A DNA stretch of 64,000 nucleotides, taken from the NCBI RefSeq assembly GCF_902652985.1, contig NC_047017.1, positions 51,336,001-51,400,000 on the forward strand, in the 5' to 3' direction. The DNA is from Pecten maximus (Eukaryota). Of the stretch, positions 11,318-26,300 are shown in pieces. Positions within the stretch are counted from its first letter, which is position 1. Every line of letters begins with the position of its first letter. Made by a program: the position numbers and the translations under genes. The notes under the pieces were generated by a model, which was not told where the DNA came from, ran no database searches, and saw only the letters and a program-made list of their open reading frames with translations.

Positions 11318-14300
11318 ATGTGGTCATTCTTTTCAAGAGATCCTACAAAGGATTTTCATTATGAAATCCTCGAAATTGTCCCAGGTTTGGAAGAAAAGTC
11401 GATTTGGACACTTCACAACGGAAAGAAAAAGGTGCTGGTGATACCTTATTGACGTGTTGTTAAAATGTACCTAAAGGGCAAACAACAGTTATTCTAGATT
11501 TACTCCAATAATATAGTGCTTATTGTCATGTTGTCACCTTTGTGTGTTCCAGAATGGTTCATCAAAATAAGTCAAAATATCTAATTATATTTAGTAGGCC
11601 TAATTAAAAATACTTGTCATATAAAAGTTTTATATTACAAAAGTTTATGAAAAATAGTTGTAATCTTTACCGGGTATTTGAGACGTATAATAGAATGTTT
11701 AAGATACTAAATATATCTGCTAGAAACGAAATAGCATGTTTATGTGTATTTCCCCAAATTAGTATTAATCTAAACATAATTAAATATCTAAATAAGTTAC
11801 ACATTGAGAGTTGTACATGTAGTATAAGAATATATACTGCTTTTCATTTAACAGTGTTACATTTGTATTTGTCACTGGTAGCTTGGTAGAAACCACATCA
11901 ACCAATAGGAGACTTCTTTCATTCTTTATTATCATCGAAAAGACCTACAAATACGACACAATACAATACATTTTCACTCTCGCATTCACATATATAATAC
12001 TAAAGACAACTCGCGACGACCAAGGTTCCCGACCTCCGATAAATATAGCGCTGTATATTGTATTAATAATTATAATATTTATATAAGAGTAATATATTAA
12101 TATGTATCCATTATATTATAAGCGCACGTATAGAATGTACCTATCGGGCAATACTGCTCCTGTACGGGTAGTTCATAGAACATGTATATCTGTTGTAATG
12201 ATAGATACATGTACCACTGTAGGATGTAGTTGTGGCGGCAATGACAGATCCTTCTCTTACGAGTCGGATTGTAGAAATGACTTGGGTAGAAAGTATTTAC
12301 CCATAAGTCAGAATAGTGGCGGGAATACAGGGTGCTTTATTCGTGCAGAGGGAAGTCCAAAGTCTACGAGGTCTACGTCATACATACAACTCAGTCGGAA
12401 TGTTGAAACGGAACATAACAACACAGTACATATACATTCCAAACTGATGACGTCACATACCCTGTTCACAACACAGGGACACCATGCATACACACAGTCA
12501 TTACTAATATAAATACACATACCTGGGCTACATATTGAATGATTTTTTTTTTATTACAGATTTTTAATTGTAAAAAAACTGAAATACGAGCATACAATTT
12601 GTACCTACCTTTTTTTGACTGCATCCTGTCATCACATATATATATATATGTATTTATAGTTGTAAGTTAATTAATGTAAAGTCGTTTTTACACAAATCAA
12701 CCCAATTGCTTAATTTTATGACAAAATCATCGGGTAAAGTTAATTTTATAGTCATATTACCAAGCTTTAAGACTAAGTATTTTCTCTGAAAAAAGGGAAA
12801 ATCATATTAAACCAATTCACAAAATTTTGGTGAAATTAATATGCCATTGTTACAATCTCTCTGTCTATAACTAGTGTTTTTCAATGGTATATCTAGATCT
12901 CCTATCAGTATCATATTCACTTGGATATGTTCCATATTGTATTCTACTATTCTTCGTCTTGACCTGTAATGTTGATCTCAGTCATTGGAAAAGTTTACCT
13001 AGGACATAACTGAAAATATTTCAATTAGGCAAATTTTGTATGACCGTGCACCTTAGGTAAGCAGAGTGTATTGCGTGCTATGGACCTAGTATTCGAAACA
13101 CTATTTTGCCCAGAAAGATTGCTTCAACAGATCTTAAGCTCTAATTGAGTGAATTTGACTGATATATGTTCCTGTTCCTAAGTACCTGTATATCAGAAGC
13201 AGAATCCTTTGATTTCAATACACAAACTTATGGGTGTTGGATGATACACTTGGCTTTCACCTAGGCTGCTGGGGTTCGATTCCCCAATTGGACGTGATAA
13301 GATATGGCGTCACCTGCCTGACCATGCATGTGGGTTTTCTTTTCCCTGGATACTCTGGTTTCCTCCTACAGTAAGACCCCTCATCAGGACACATTTAGTA
13401 TAGGTTGAAATAACTTGTGAAGAAACTGTTGTAAAATGAATTAAGTTTACATCTTAAATGAATGAACATTTTTTTCCTGCAGAGCACAAATGAACCAGTC
13501 TCCATATTTGCCTTTGATGTAAAAGGCAGCAGTGAATCTCAGGTAAAGCATGCTAATACATTTATGATGTTACAGGTAACAATACATTGTTGTATGGGGA
13601 TGTTTTCTTATGCTTTAATTATAGCACAGGGACATGACAAAAAACTTGTAACCCCTGTCTGTTTATAGTATGATGATTTGTGTCCCTGTATTTGATATTG
13701 TATATAGTGTAGATCTATGTGTCACTGGTAAAACGTGATTTTTGTTTAATCGTGTTGAATGATTCAGGGTAAAGCACTGATTCAGAAAATATTTCTCTGG
13801 TATATATTTTTAGATGTGTTGATGTGGATAAAAGTTCATATTCAAACAACTTGTGCTGATCATCTTGTAGTTATAATTAATTTACCTTGGTAAAGTTAAA
13901 CCAAATCGTTGACAAGTATGCTTTATAAGGTTGTATGCAGCATTTTGACTTGTGTTACATAATTCATACTTTTAGGTGCAACTTGCAAAAGGAGCTTTGA
14001 AGAGAATCAAAACTCTACGCCACCCAAACATACTCACGTTCCTTGATGGCATTGAAGTAAGTGTTGTGTCAACACCTCCCAAACATACTCACTTTCCTTG
14101 ATGTCATTGAAGTAAGTGTTATGTCAACACCTCCCAAACATACTCACGTTCCTTGATGTCATTGAAGTTAGTGTTGTGTTTACCAGATAACTGCATGGTG
14201 TTATAAAGTTTTGTAACAGAACAAAAAAAAAGAAAATTTGTGAAGTACAGTAGTAGCTCTCTTTTTCAAAAATTATTATCAAAATACCCAAATTATATAT

Positions 14301-17300
14301 AACATGTATTTCAATACTTTTTGACACATCTGACCACAGACAATAGATTTTATTTATCATTTGAAATTGTATTGCTTCTAGTAGACCCTGGAGGGTACTT
14401 TTGTTTGTTATTTGACTCCTTGAAATGAGATTTGACTCAGTTTATAGTTTGAAAGGGAGATGTTTTGTTTCTTAGATTTCTAATTATGGTGATTTATTTG
14501 ACATCTGAAATTTCTACAAGTCCAGGGTTAACTGTAAGCCCTGAGTTATTACTGAATGCTTTTATTACATGAGATAACATCATTATGTACTGTAAGTTTT
14601 CCTTGAATTTACTTTCAGACAGAGAAGGTTATTTATTTTGCAACAGAACCAGTTGTTCCTCTGGAAACATACCTGAAGGACAATGAAAGCCTTGGTGACC
14701 AGAACTCCCTGGCCATCTCATGGGGACTACATCAGATTGTAGTAAGTTTGATTATCGCCTCCTGACCTACATAATCACATAATCAATTCAAGTTCAACAC
14801 AAAGTGTTTTATTGGATAATGTTACCAAAATATTGGCCTGCTGTTATTTTTCATCAAATCAGTATAAGATTTGGTTTTAGTTTATGTGGATTTGAAGTGA
14901 AAGACATGAACATGCTCAAGTTCAGTGCAGACTTGAGACACTTAATGTAAAAAGAAGTCTAGTATCAGTCTATTACTGTAACAGAAGCTATAATTTTTGT
15001 ATCCCTGGTATATACCATATGTAATACACTGCTCGTCCAGAGAGAACTTCTCTTTAGCTCTCATATTCAACATAAGACTGGTATTCCAGAGGCCTGAATC
15101 AATCCCCAGTAGAGGCATGGACATGAATATAATTTATCATGAACTCTGTAACATTATTGTAAATTCTCATTATCTTATATAAATTTTTCTCTCACAGAAA
15201 GGGTTATCTTTCCTGGTGAACGATTGTAACCTGATACACAACAATGTCTGCATGGCCTCCGTGTTTGTGGACCCTGCGGGGGAGTGGAAGTTAGCAGGTG
15301 TAGACTACATGTATCCAGCTCAGGGGCAGGACTCCGTACCGCCAGTCAAAATACTACCAGTGCTGGAGAAGTATGATCCACCAGAGAAGTCGGACCTACG
15401 CAGGGGAATACATGGGGAGAAATGGTCAGTTTCTTTATCTGTATATAATGGTCAAGTTTTAATGTCATTCCTTTTGGCACTATCAGGCCATTATATTTGT
15501 TTTTGTCTTGTTTTAACTCCATTCTCTTTGAGATTAATAAGAAGATATTTATCTTCTCAGTTTTGATTAGTAAAAACCCCAAAGTCTGAAGGAAAAAAAT
15601 ATTCCAGACCAGTTTATTTTCCTGATTTACCTTAGAGATGCCCCTGATCATAGCGATATTGGAATTGATTAATACCTACATTCTTTTAAAAAGAATTGGC
15701 TCATGTTCAGTTGTCAAAAGTGTGAAATGTGGTAAATAATTACCTGTACCTTTAAGTTACATACACTTTAATATGTTTTGTATTTCAGGTCATCAGATAT
15801 GTGGGGCTTAGGTTGTTTGATCTGGGAGGTGTTCAGTGGTCCACTACCTAAGAATACATCTCTGAAGTCCTTAGGGAAGGTAGATTATATAATTACATTG
15901 TCAACATCCCGCAGTTAGGGAAGGTAGAATATATAATTACATTGTCAACATCCCGCAGTAAGATAATTATCATTGAATGCTAACTTAAAAAACATCATTA
16001 TTGGAGTTAATATTTTTGATATAAACTTTTTTTAACAAGTAACATTTGAGAAATTTTGAATTGAATAAAAGATGTTCTTATATTTTTAAAAAGATCTGCT
16101 TAAATTCAGATCCCGAAATCCCTTGTGCCAAACTACTGTGAGTTAGTAGGAGCTAATCCAAGGTCACGACCAAATCCAGCCAAGTTTATAGAGGACTGTC
16201 GGAGAACCAACGGTTTCCTCAATAACGCTTTCGTAGATACAATGATGTTCCTCGGTGAAATACAGGTGAGATATGTCGGACACTTAATATCGTAAAATAA
16301 ATGTATAATTGATTTTATTGTTTCATGAAATTGATTTTGCTTTATCATAATGTATTATGTTTCTGCATGACGTCCCCATTAAAAAAAATGTATGAAGCCC
16401 ATTTGTATTATCATCATTGTTTAGCCATGTTACCTTCTTTGAAGTAACTGGTAGTCCTATTAGTGCATTGGTTTGATAGTGTTATCGTTTTTTATCAAAC
16501 GGAGGAACTATAACTGATAAAAAAAGTTTAGGTATCGAAGATCTAGCAATTTGGCACTGACGATTGGTGTTATTTTGACTGATTTGTTTGATATACAGAT
16601 TAAAGACCAGGCAGAGAAATCCACATTTTTCAGTGGATTGACATCATCACTGGACCTGTTCCCAGAAGTGTTTTGTAAACACAAAATTCTTCCTCAGTTA
16701 CTGTATGCGTTTGAGTATGGTAATGCAGGATCAGCCGTGTTAGCACCCCTCTTTAAGGTAAGTGTGACTACCATGTTTATCCTCGAGTAATAAAGCTCCC
16801 TCCCCTTGTGAAAAAGTTTAGTAGTTTGGGGAGGGCTTATTTGTGAACCTTGTTTAGCTTACCATTCTAAGGTTGGTGATTCTGCAAAAATGAAGAAGGG
16901 AAATAATAGTTGATAGGGGCTTATTTGCAGATAGATTAAGTACATACCTAAGGTTATTAGACTTGGCTGAGAAATTTGTTACTTTAATGCTGTAAAACAT
17001 TTTATTTCACATAAAAAAAATCTGTGTCGTATGTACTTGGACAATGACTGCTGTATTGTGATACGCCACACTTTGGTGAAACTAAATGGAATTTGCTTTA
17101 GGAAAACAATTCATTACCTCAGAAAATTATGTGATATAATTTATGAAAATCCTGCTGAATTTCTACTGAAAATTTTAATCTTAGATATTATATATGTTTA
17201 CACACATACACTGTATAGTGATTACGGGGTTGAGAATTTTCACCAAGTCCTTGTGTATTTTATCTGGTACGTCTGCTATACAAGGTATCAGTTCTTCTAT

Positions 17301-20300
17301 CATGGTACAATATCATTTGATTTATTTTACAGCTTGGTAAAAAGTTAGATACTGATGAATACCAGAAAAAGATAGTGCCGTGTGTTGTGAAACTCTTCTC
17401 CTCTCCAGACAGAGCAACACGAGTAAAACTTTTACAACAGGTTAGTCCATAGCCCAAACAAAATACAGCATTCGGTGATTTTGCTCAACCACCAATTTCC
17501 TTTGGTCCCACTACAGCAACTAGACTTTGTTTGCACATGCGTCGCCATTTAGAAGCACGGCAGTGATTGGTTGTTGTTTTTACGCATATGTAATCATATT
17601 AGGCTGAACAGCCTGCCTTTAGTAAATAGTTGACCCTTAAAGTGGGCCATGATTAGCCCTTTGACTGTTACTGCACTAAAGAAATTTTCCCATGAGACTT
17701 TTGAGATAAATCACAGCAAAGAATTTTGTGTAAGAAAACATTAAAAGATTAGATCTAAATATAATTAACACTTGTTAGTTAAACATCAGCAGCAAACAGT
17801 TGTGAATCCAAAACAGGAGCTATGACCATTAAAATGATTGACCAACATGATGTTACTTCATTATCTGTAGTAATGAGAAAGATATATTGTTTGGTATTGA
17901 TTTTATAAAACTTTTCCATTTTAGATTGACTCGTTCATTGACTATCTCCAGTCAAATGTTGTCAATGACCAGATATTTCCCCAGATCTCTACTGGATTCA
18001 TGGACACGGTCCCAGCAGTGAGGGAGAGTACCATCAAGGTATCCTGTACTAACTTATTTGTGCTGAATATGCAGACATATTATTCATGTAGTTTTCAGTC
18101 AAGATTATAATTGTCTGTGTCCAAAGAACACAATCAGTTCAGAAATGCACGCAATTTTGCAATACCTAGTAAGATATGTTATTTTTCAGAAATCTTAGAA
18201 TGGAATTATATTCCTCGAAGACAAAATATCAATCTGCAACTGGACTTCATCATTATTAACGTCAGGGTGCCTTTGGCACCTGCCGTTATAGGCGTGGTGG
18301 GGGAATGTTGTTACTGACAGATCTCTTCCGGCTAACTATTCCTCTTTTCTGTCATACAAATGATATACATCCGCAGCCTAATATAGTTCCTATTTTGATA
18401 GCAATTATTGACACAATTTAAGTGATGTAAACCGTGTTTACTGCAATTATTTAAAATGAAATGTTAATGTTAGGTGTTCTAGACTATTTTAGAGTATAAT
18501 TATTAACCTTTTCCCTCGTCAGTATATGCAATTTTGTTGGCGTAGGATTACGTAGTTCTGTCTCGATACTGCCTTGAAAACGAAAGTAGAAAAATCAGTT
18601 TGATCGTCGTGGAAATTTACATGCATTCACAGAGAAACTATTCACATCTGTTCATCCTGAGTTCATATGCAGGAACATTTGATAGCTTAAAATCATTCCC
18701 ATTTACGTAGTCAAATGCACCCGAGCATTCCACGAGATAACTTCAGCTGTCACGTGACTCTTCACTAGTCAGCCAAAATGGCGGTTATGTCTACTGTAAC
18801 TAAACCAACGACCGTTCGCAGTTTCATATTCATTTGTATGTCGCTAGAATACGCAAGAAATGTGACCAGGAATTGAGGGAAAGTTGTAACAAACTACATT
18901 GCCGTTTTTCGTGAGGATTTTATTAAATAAAGTTATTATTTGTTGTTTGAAAAGAATGTAATGATTATGATCCGTGACTGATGTACTGGCGGTGTCAAAA
19001 CTAGATATGTCTCGTCGGACAATGCGACCGCAATTTTCTATCAGAGTTAAAATGTTTTACTTAAGGGGTCATAAAATAGATGTTTGATAGGCCTTATTAA
19101 TAACTTAAAAAAAACTTCGCTGTGTACATCTTGGATTTTATCTTTAGTTGTAGTTACAACATGTTCTGTTAATAGACCGATTTGTCGCTCAGTTGATTCT
19201 TTTTTCAAAGTTTACAAGCAGCTTTACTGATTCAGGAGTATATCAGTAATCTTTCACAAGCATTTAAGAAATGGGGAAAGAACTATACTCAGCTATTGTA
19301 AAGTTGTCAGCTGATATATATATATATGTTATACATGTTTTCTTGAATATGTATAGAATAGAAATACCAGGGCCAGATGAAGACATTTCATCTGATACAA
19401 ATGTAACTGTCTGACTATAAAATCCAATTTTAAATTTCTTATAATATGACCTCAGACCCTGACGTTTCTCAGGGCCTTTGGCCCTTTGATTTTTTGATTA
19501 TTTATGATTTCTCTTTTCTTGGGCACAAACAAGAAATTCTTCATTCTGCAATTACATTATAGTTGAAGTAATTTTCCTATGCATGATCCACGGGTATAGA
19601 AAATATTCCTAGTTCAGTTCCTTCATGATTACGTTGGTTTAATATTTCCATTAAGTGAATTGTTATACATGTTCTAAACGTATATTGATTCTGATTATCA
19701 AGTATATCAACACGCTCCTAGATCTGTACAACTATACTTAAATAGTCTACCTCTCTGTAGGTGCAGTCTAAGTATATCAACATGCTCCTAGATCTGTACA
19801 ACTATACTTAAATAGTCTACCTCTCTGTAGGTGCAGTCAGTTTTGTATATTTGAAACCTTGATCTTTTTCAGGCAATGTTATATATGGCTCCAAAATTAA
19901 ACTACAAAAATTTAAATGAAGAGCTTATGAAACACTTTGCACGTCTTCAAGCTAAAGATGAACAGGTAAGAACTTATACACTTTGCACGTCTTTAAGCTA
20001 AAGATGAACAGGTGGTACTGATTTATATAAAAATTAATAAATTTGACTGAGGCTGAAAACTGATAATGTAATCTTCACTTTTCTCACTGGACTAGCATGT
20101 CAGAGATCGTACTGAAGAAGGAAATAAAAATAAAGGCATTGTCAAGTTTTACTTTATATACCCAAGTTTTACTTTATATACCCAAGTTTTACTTTATATA
20201 CCCAAGTTTTACTTTATATACCCTGTACATGAATTTGAATTGTAGACGTAATTCACTTTCAATGAATCAATAAACAGATGAAGAACATAAATTTCTCTGT

Positions 20301-23300
20301 GGTAGTTGATCTGTGTAGTCATAGAGATTTGAATCTGATGTAGCTATTATAAACCTGGATTTTGTCGTATGTTATTATTATAGGGAGGCATTCGGACCAA
20401 CACAACTGTATGTCTAGGCAAGATTGCTGGCTGTATCAGTCCACAGGTACATCATATAACTGATTCTATATAAATATACTTTCTTTATATGTGACAGCTA
20501 ATCTAGCATGTAGAAAATTATAAAATTTGTTGGCAGAATATCTATTTAAGTTAAAAACTTATAAATAAATGAGTCATCCTTACAGTTTATGAGACTTTAA
20601 GGAATTTGTCTCTATTGTATGATTTAACATTCCATTACCCATATATAATACTTGCTGCAAAAGAGTGGACAACTTTTTGAGAGGTTATGACTAGATGTCA
20701 TTGAATATGATATAAGTGTCCATCAAAGTTTGCTGAAATAATACACTAGTCAAGTTCCTAGTATGCAATGTAAACAGTAAAACTCTACTTAAAGGTGAGA
20801 CAGAAGATCATCGTATCAGCATTCCTGCGTGCACTAAAAGATCCATTCCCTCCAGCCCGGCAGGCTGGAATTCTCGCCTTGGCAGCTACACAGAACTACT
20901 ACCAACTGAAGGAGGTGGCTAATAGAATATTACCTACCTTGTGTAGTATGACAATGGATCCGGAGAAAGGTGTCCGTGACCAGGTAGGTCCTAGTGTTAA
21001 GTGTCCGTGACCAGCTTACAGCTATCAAAAATTAATTTTCATCTTCCATTGATAATTAATGAATAGATTGTAAAAGTTAAAACTTTGTATGCATTATTAT
21101 TAGGCTTTGTGATAAATTATTTGAAATATTTTTTGTAGTTGTTTGAGTTTAAGTTAGCATTGTCTTTGACAATGAAATAAACATCTTTGAATCTTAACAA
21201 TGATTACTTTTCATGGTTTTAACGATCTTGATTCCTTATCATGTTTGTCTACTTATCTTTAATTTCAGGCATTTAAAGCAGTGAAGGGATTTATTGAAAA
21301 GCTTGAAAAAGTCTCTGAAGACCCTGAGCTGGCAATTGAAATGGGTAATGACTTTAAACAGTTAGCTGTACATTATTAGGAATATGATATAGAACCAGAC
21401 ATATACTGTTCACCTCACATCTGTAAAGATAGATATGTGTTGTACCTTAGACTTTGAAAATGTAGTAAATTCATGTATGTAAATAGCTCTAACCTTGGGT
21501 ATTCCCACATCCTGTCATATCCAACACACAGCTGTAACTCGATTTCTTTAATTAAAAAATAAAATTTCATATGAAACCTATTATATTCTATTTATATACC
21601 TAAAAATCATTTCACTTTAAAGTTTTGCATTTAGATCTGTTGCTCAAACAGTATAAGTCCAATATTAACCAAACTTGATAGTTATAGATCACATAATGAA
21701 CATCTCAACACAGCCTTCATTTATGGAATATCCCAAAATTTATGGTCCAGACATTCTGGTAATTAGGAAACCTTGAACATAAAGTTTTGTGTTTCTCAAA
21801 AAGTATCAATGTTATTTCAGCCAAACCTGGAATTGTTGCATTGTAGGATGGATGTCTCAACACACCCTACAGATTGCATGAATTATTATAATATTTTGCT
21901 GTATTTTTGGGTTAAAAACCTCTGATTTTGAGAAAGTGATATGAAATTGTATGGCTTCTCCGATTGATTTACAAATTGGTTCATAGTTAAGTTGGAATGA
22001 GTTCTGTAATAAATCAGATGTATTGTCTTCTCTCAGTTTTCAGAAAGAGTGATTTCTAGGGTAAAAATGAAATATTTAGGGGAATTTTGTGAAATGTTTG
22101 TTTGCAATGCATCAATATAGCACATGTCTGCAATGTGAACAGGTGGAACAAATACTGAAATTATAAGTGAATTTTTTTTATTTCTGCCAGAATTACAGAT
22201 GGCAAAAAAGGGGAATTATTACTGTGGAAACAATTTCCTTTTAAAGTTGTTATTCTATAAATACAAGGCTTTATATATACTGATTTATATCATCATATTG
22301 GGTTAAAAATAGGATAATAAAATACAATCAGAAACTAAAAATAAAAGTAAACAATCCACATTGTTTATATTTAAGCTTCAATTTTTTGTTCAGTTTTATA
22401 TTTTTGTCACAGACAGGGAGGGAGACAAATAAACTTTTTCTTTTTGATACAGAGAAAGATGTGATGGCTGGAGGTTCTGCCATGGGGTCTTCCAGTACCT
22501 GGACAGGATGGGCTGTGACAGGAATGTCCTCCTTAACCTCAAAAATATACAAGAAGGCCAAGCCTGGTACAGGAGGTAGGTACTACAGTGTCCAGAATGT
22601 CAGTCTTCACCTCAAAAATATACAACAAGGCCAAGCCTGGTACAGGAGGTAGGTACTACAGTGTCTAGAATGTCAGTCTTCACCTCAAATATATACAACA
22701 AGGCCAAGCCTGGTACAGGAGGTAGGTATTACAGTGTCTAGAATGTCAGTCTTCACCTCAAAAATATACAACAAGGCTAAGTCTGGTACAGGGGGTAGGT
22801 ACTACAGTGTCCAGAATGTCCTTGATCACAAAAAAATACAATACATTAAGTAGGTACAATGATCAGACTGAGAATGAAATTGCATGCATTAGTTGTGTTA
22901 TTGTGCATGTTAGAGCGATTGTGAAATTTGGAATTTTGTGATGTAAACTTAAGAACTTACTGATACTAATCTATGTATTTTCTACAACAGCTCCAAAACA
23001 ATCCATGTCTGGTTCTACCCCAAAACCAACAAACTCCAGGCCACCTCAGACCACACAGTCTAGTCCCAAAGAGGAGGATGAACCTGAACCTTCCCAGGAG
23101 GAGGAGGAAGGCTGGGACGAGGAGGGCTGGGGAGATATACAGGTATCTCCTAGAATATTAAATTGGAGAATGTGAAGTTGATGATTGTTTTCAAAATTCT
23201 ATTTGGAGACAGCCATTTATAGCATAAGTATACCATTCTACCTTCAAGAAATAGATAGATACCTTCCGCAACAGTGGGATTGAAATAAATAATTACAAAT

Positions 23301-26300
23301 AGTGCTAAATACATGTAGAGTTCAACTGTGTTGCAGATTAAAATATTCCTTGTTTTTAATTTAATTTTGTACTAGACAACTACTGTTATGTAAATATGTT
23401 CAATTTGTCAACAGTCTATTTCTTCCCTGAAATTCTATTGTCATTCCCTCTGTTAGTCAATCAGTACCATATTGTACCCTTACCTTAGTCAATCAGTACC
23501 ATATTGTACCCTTACCTTAGTCAATCAGTACCATATTGTACCCTTACCTTAGTCAATCAGTACCATATTGTACCCTTACCTTAGTCAATCAGTACCATAT
23601 TGTACCCTTACCTAGGAAAGTCCTGCATCATCACCCACATCAAAGACTGAACCGAGTGCCGGGGAGGGCTGGGATGATGATGATGATGATAACTGGGGCA
23701 GTTTGGAGGACACTGGACCTTCAAAACATGTGAGTCATGTACAGATGAAAGTGTTTAGAGGTTTTAATTAAATGTGGGGTTTAAAGATGAGTCAAGAAGC
23801 AAATATGATAGCTTGTATGTGCTATCGGTAGCCTCTGTAGTCCTGTGTTTACAAATAGGCATTTTAGTCCCAAACATGTTCATGCGCAAGAATATACATG
23901 TAATGTAGTGCCATTTTGGTGTCCAAAAAGAAAAACAAAATGTGTTTTGGGGAAAATGTTTGAATATCAATTCCTCAATTTTTGGAGAATAGATCAGTGA
24001 GATAAGGAAATTTACTTGTACATATTATAACTTGTATAATGAAGAATTTAAGTGAGACTGGTATGTAAATGAGTAGATATTTGTGTATGTATACATTGTC
24101 TAGTTACTGTTGTCAGTCTAAACTGTCAGTAAACTCTGGTGGAGGGATGAAGCTTGAGAAGAAGTCGAAGTCTGACGACTTGGGAGGAGGATGGGGCCAG
24201 GAGGAGAATGAGGACTTCCTGTCTATAGAGGACAGTGGTCTACAGCCCGCTAGTGCTTACAACTGGGGAGGAGCAGATCAGCCGACTGAGACTGACTTCT
24301 TTTCTTCAGCAATGGGCTTACCTAAGGTAGGTTTGATCAAAGTAGGAGAATTTGGGCTTACCTAAGGTAGGTTTGATCAAAGTTGGAGAATTTGGGCTTA
24401 CCTAAGGTAGGTTTGATCAAAGTAGGAGAATTTGGGCTTACCTAAGGTAGGTTTGATCAAAGTAGGAGAATTTGGGCTTACCTAAGGTAGGTTTGATCAA
24501 AGTAGGAGAATTTGGGCTTACCTAAGGTAGGTTTGATCAAAGTTGGAGAATTTGGGCTTACCTAAGGTAGGTTTGATCAAAGTTGGAGAATTTGGGCTTA
24601 CCTAAGGTAGGTTTGATCAAAGTTGGAGAATTTGGGCTTACCTAAGGTACCGTAAATATTCGGGTATAGTGCGCACTCGCGTATAGTGCGCAGGTACGTT
24701 TTTTTTTTTCAATTTTCAACTGAGCGGTAGATGAATTCTAAAGCATAAGATGATAGGAATTTGTAACTTATGAAAGCTTATTTACAATGTACCACATTCA
24801 ATTGGAATCACCGGTCAGATTTGACACATTGGATTGACAGGTTGTTTACATTATACCGCCACAGGCCTAGTCAGCTTGCAAATTGTAGTGGTCCCATCTA
24901 CGCTGTTGTACCAACAAAATAATTAATCCTACCCTCAATTACCTTGATGCTTTTCACGCAGGTATGATCTCTTGTGTTGTCTGTCCACGAACATACAAAG
25001 CTAATTAAGCTCAATTATAACAAGATTGACTAGTAAGCTGACTGCTACGTAATGTAACACAGGCCGCCATTTTGTATACAGTACGGAAACAGGTCTGCAG
25101 TCGTCGTGCTGGTCACAACTTTTATATCAATGAATAAACATGTGTAAAGGATAAATCTACAGTGCAGACGATAAATAAGAGTACCCTGGTAGTTTTCACA
25201 GTCATATCGTATTTTATATGGCCAGTTGGTCAGTGACTGCCGCACGAGATCAAGGCATTAGTGCCTAATTGCGCATGCGTGCTGTTACAGCTTCCGTAAA
25301 TAAACAAGTTGAACGTTATCAGTTTCAGGCAACATTCTGGATTTATAAGGTGATTAATTTAGAAGTATGAAATAACTAAGTACTGCTATATCATTTCAAG
25401 TTTTGTTTGATGTTAATTGAGATGTTATACATCGTTTTGGACCTGAATACGGGAACATGCTCAAGTGAGATCGTATGTGTACGGAACATGTGGCTCACGA
25501 TCGACTTAGATAAATCCACGTAATTGCTGATAACTATTCATTTCTTTGATTATTTGTTAACTATTACTTTCTTAATGCTTTATATATGTTATATATATAT
25601 ATATAAGTATTAAAGAAATTAAAGGAAACGATCACAAATCTCGGTCAAATCACATTCATTCTGACTGGGAAAAGGCTTGTACTTGCGTATAGTGCGCAGT
25701 GGCCTTTTTCACTTGTCAATTTTTGAAAAAAAGTGCGCACTATACGCGAATATTTACGGTAGGTTTGATCAAAGTTGGAGAATTTGACCAAAGGAAATTT
25801 AGTTTGATTTACTACTCTATTCAAATACTATGACTACTGTTGGTTTGTTTGCAACAGGTATTTGATAATTAGTCAGTAATTAATGATGATTAAATGTTGA
25901 TATTTTATTGACTTAAAAACATTTGGATTAAGCTGAATTTATTGACTGAAAATGTTTTGAAATTGAAGAAAATGATTGTCATTGTTTTTCAGAAGAAATC
26001 CCAGCCACATCAGTCAACCAAACCTTCAAATTCAAAAGATACACATTCAAGGGAAACAAGAGAGAGGTCTACACCGAGTGAACCAAAACCAAAGTCCAAA
26101 TCTAAGTCTCCCTCTCCACAGTCTGGATGGGGCGACGAAACAGGATGGGATGATGGGGATGCCTGGGGTACTGTCGGGTCTACAAGTGGTACCACCACCA
26201 CACGGGCTTCAAGTCAGCCGAGAGAGGTGGCACAGGGCCCAGCAGATACACAAGGGTCAGGCTGGGGAGAGAGTGCAGGGGGCTGGGACGAAGACTCGTG

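Noticed and set aside
11864-12517. Possible solo LTR and 136-aa ORF in SCYL1 intron 1
   Set aside because: TG...CA ends are ambiguous, there is no convincing TSD and the ORF has no recognisable motif.
18503-19050. TTAA-bounded CpG-rich insert (piggyBac/Kolobok-like)
   Set aside because: Probably a transposon remnant, but the terminal inverted repeats are too degenerate to support a call.
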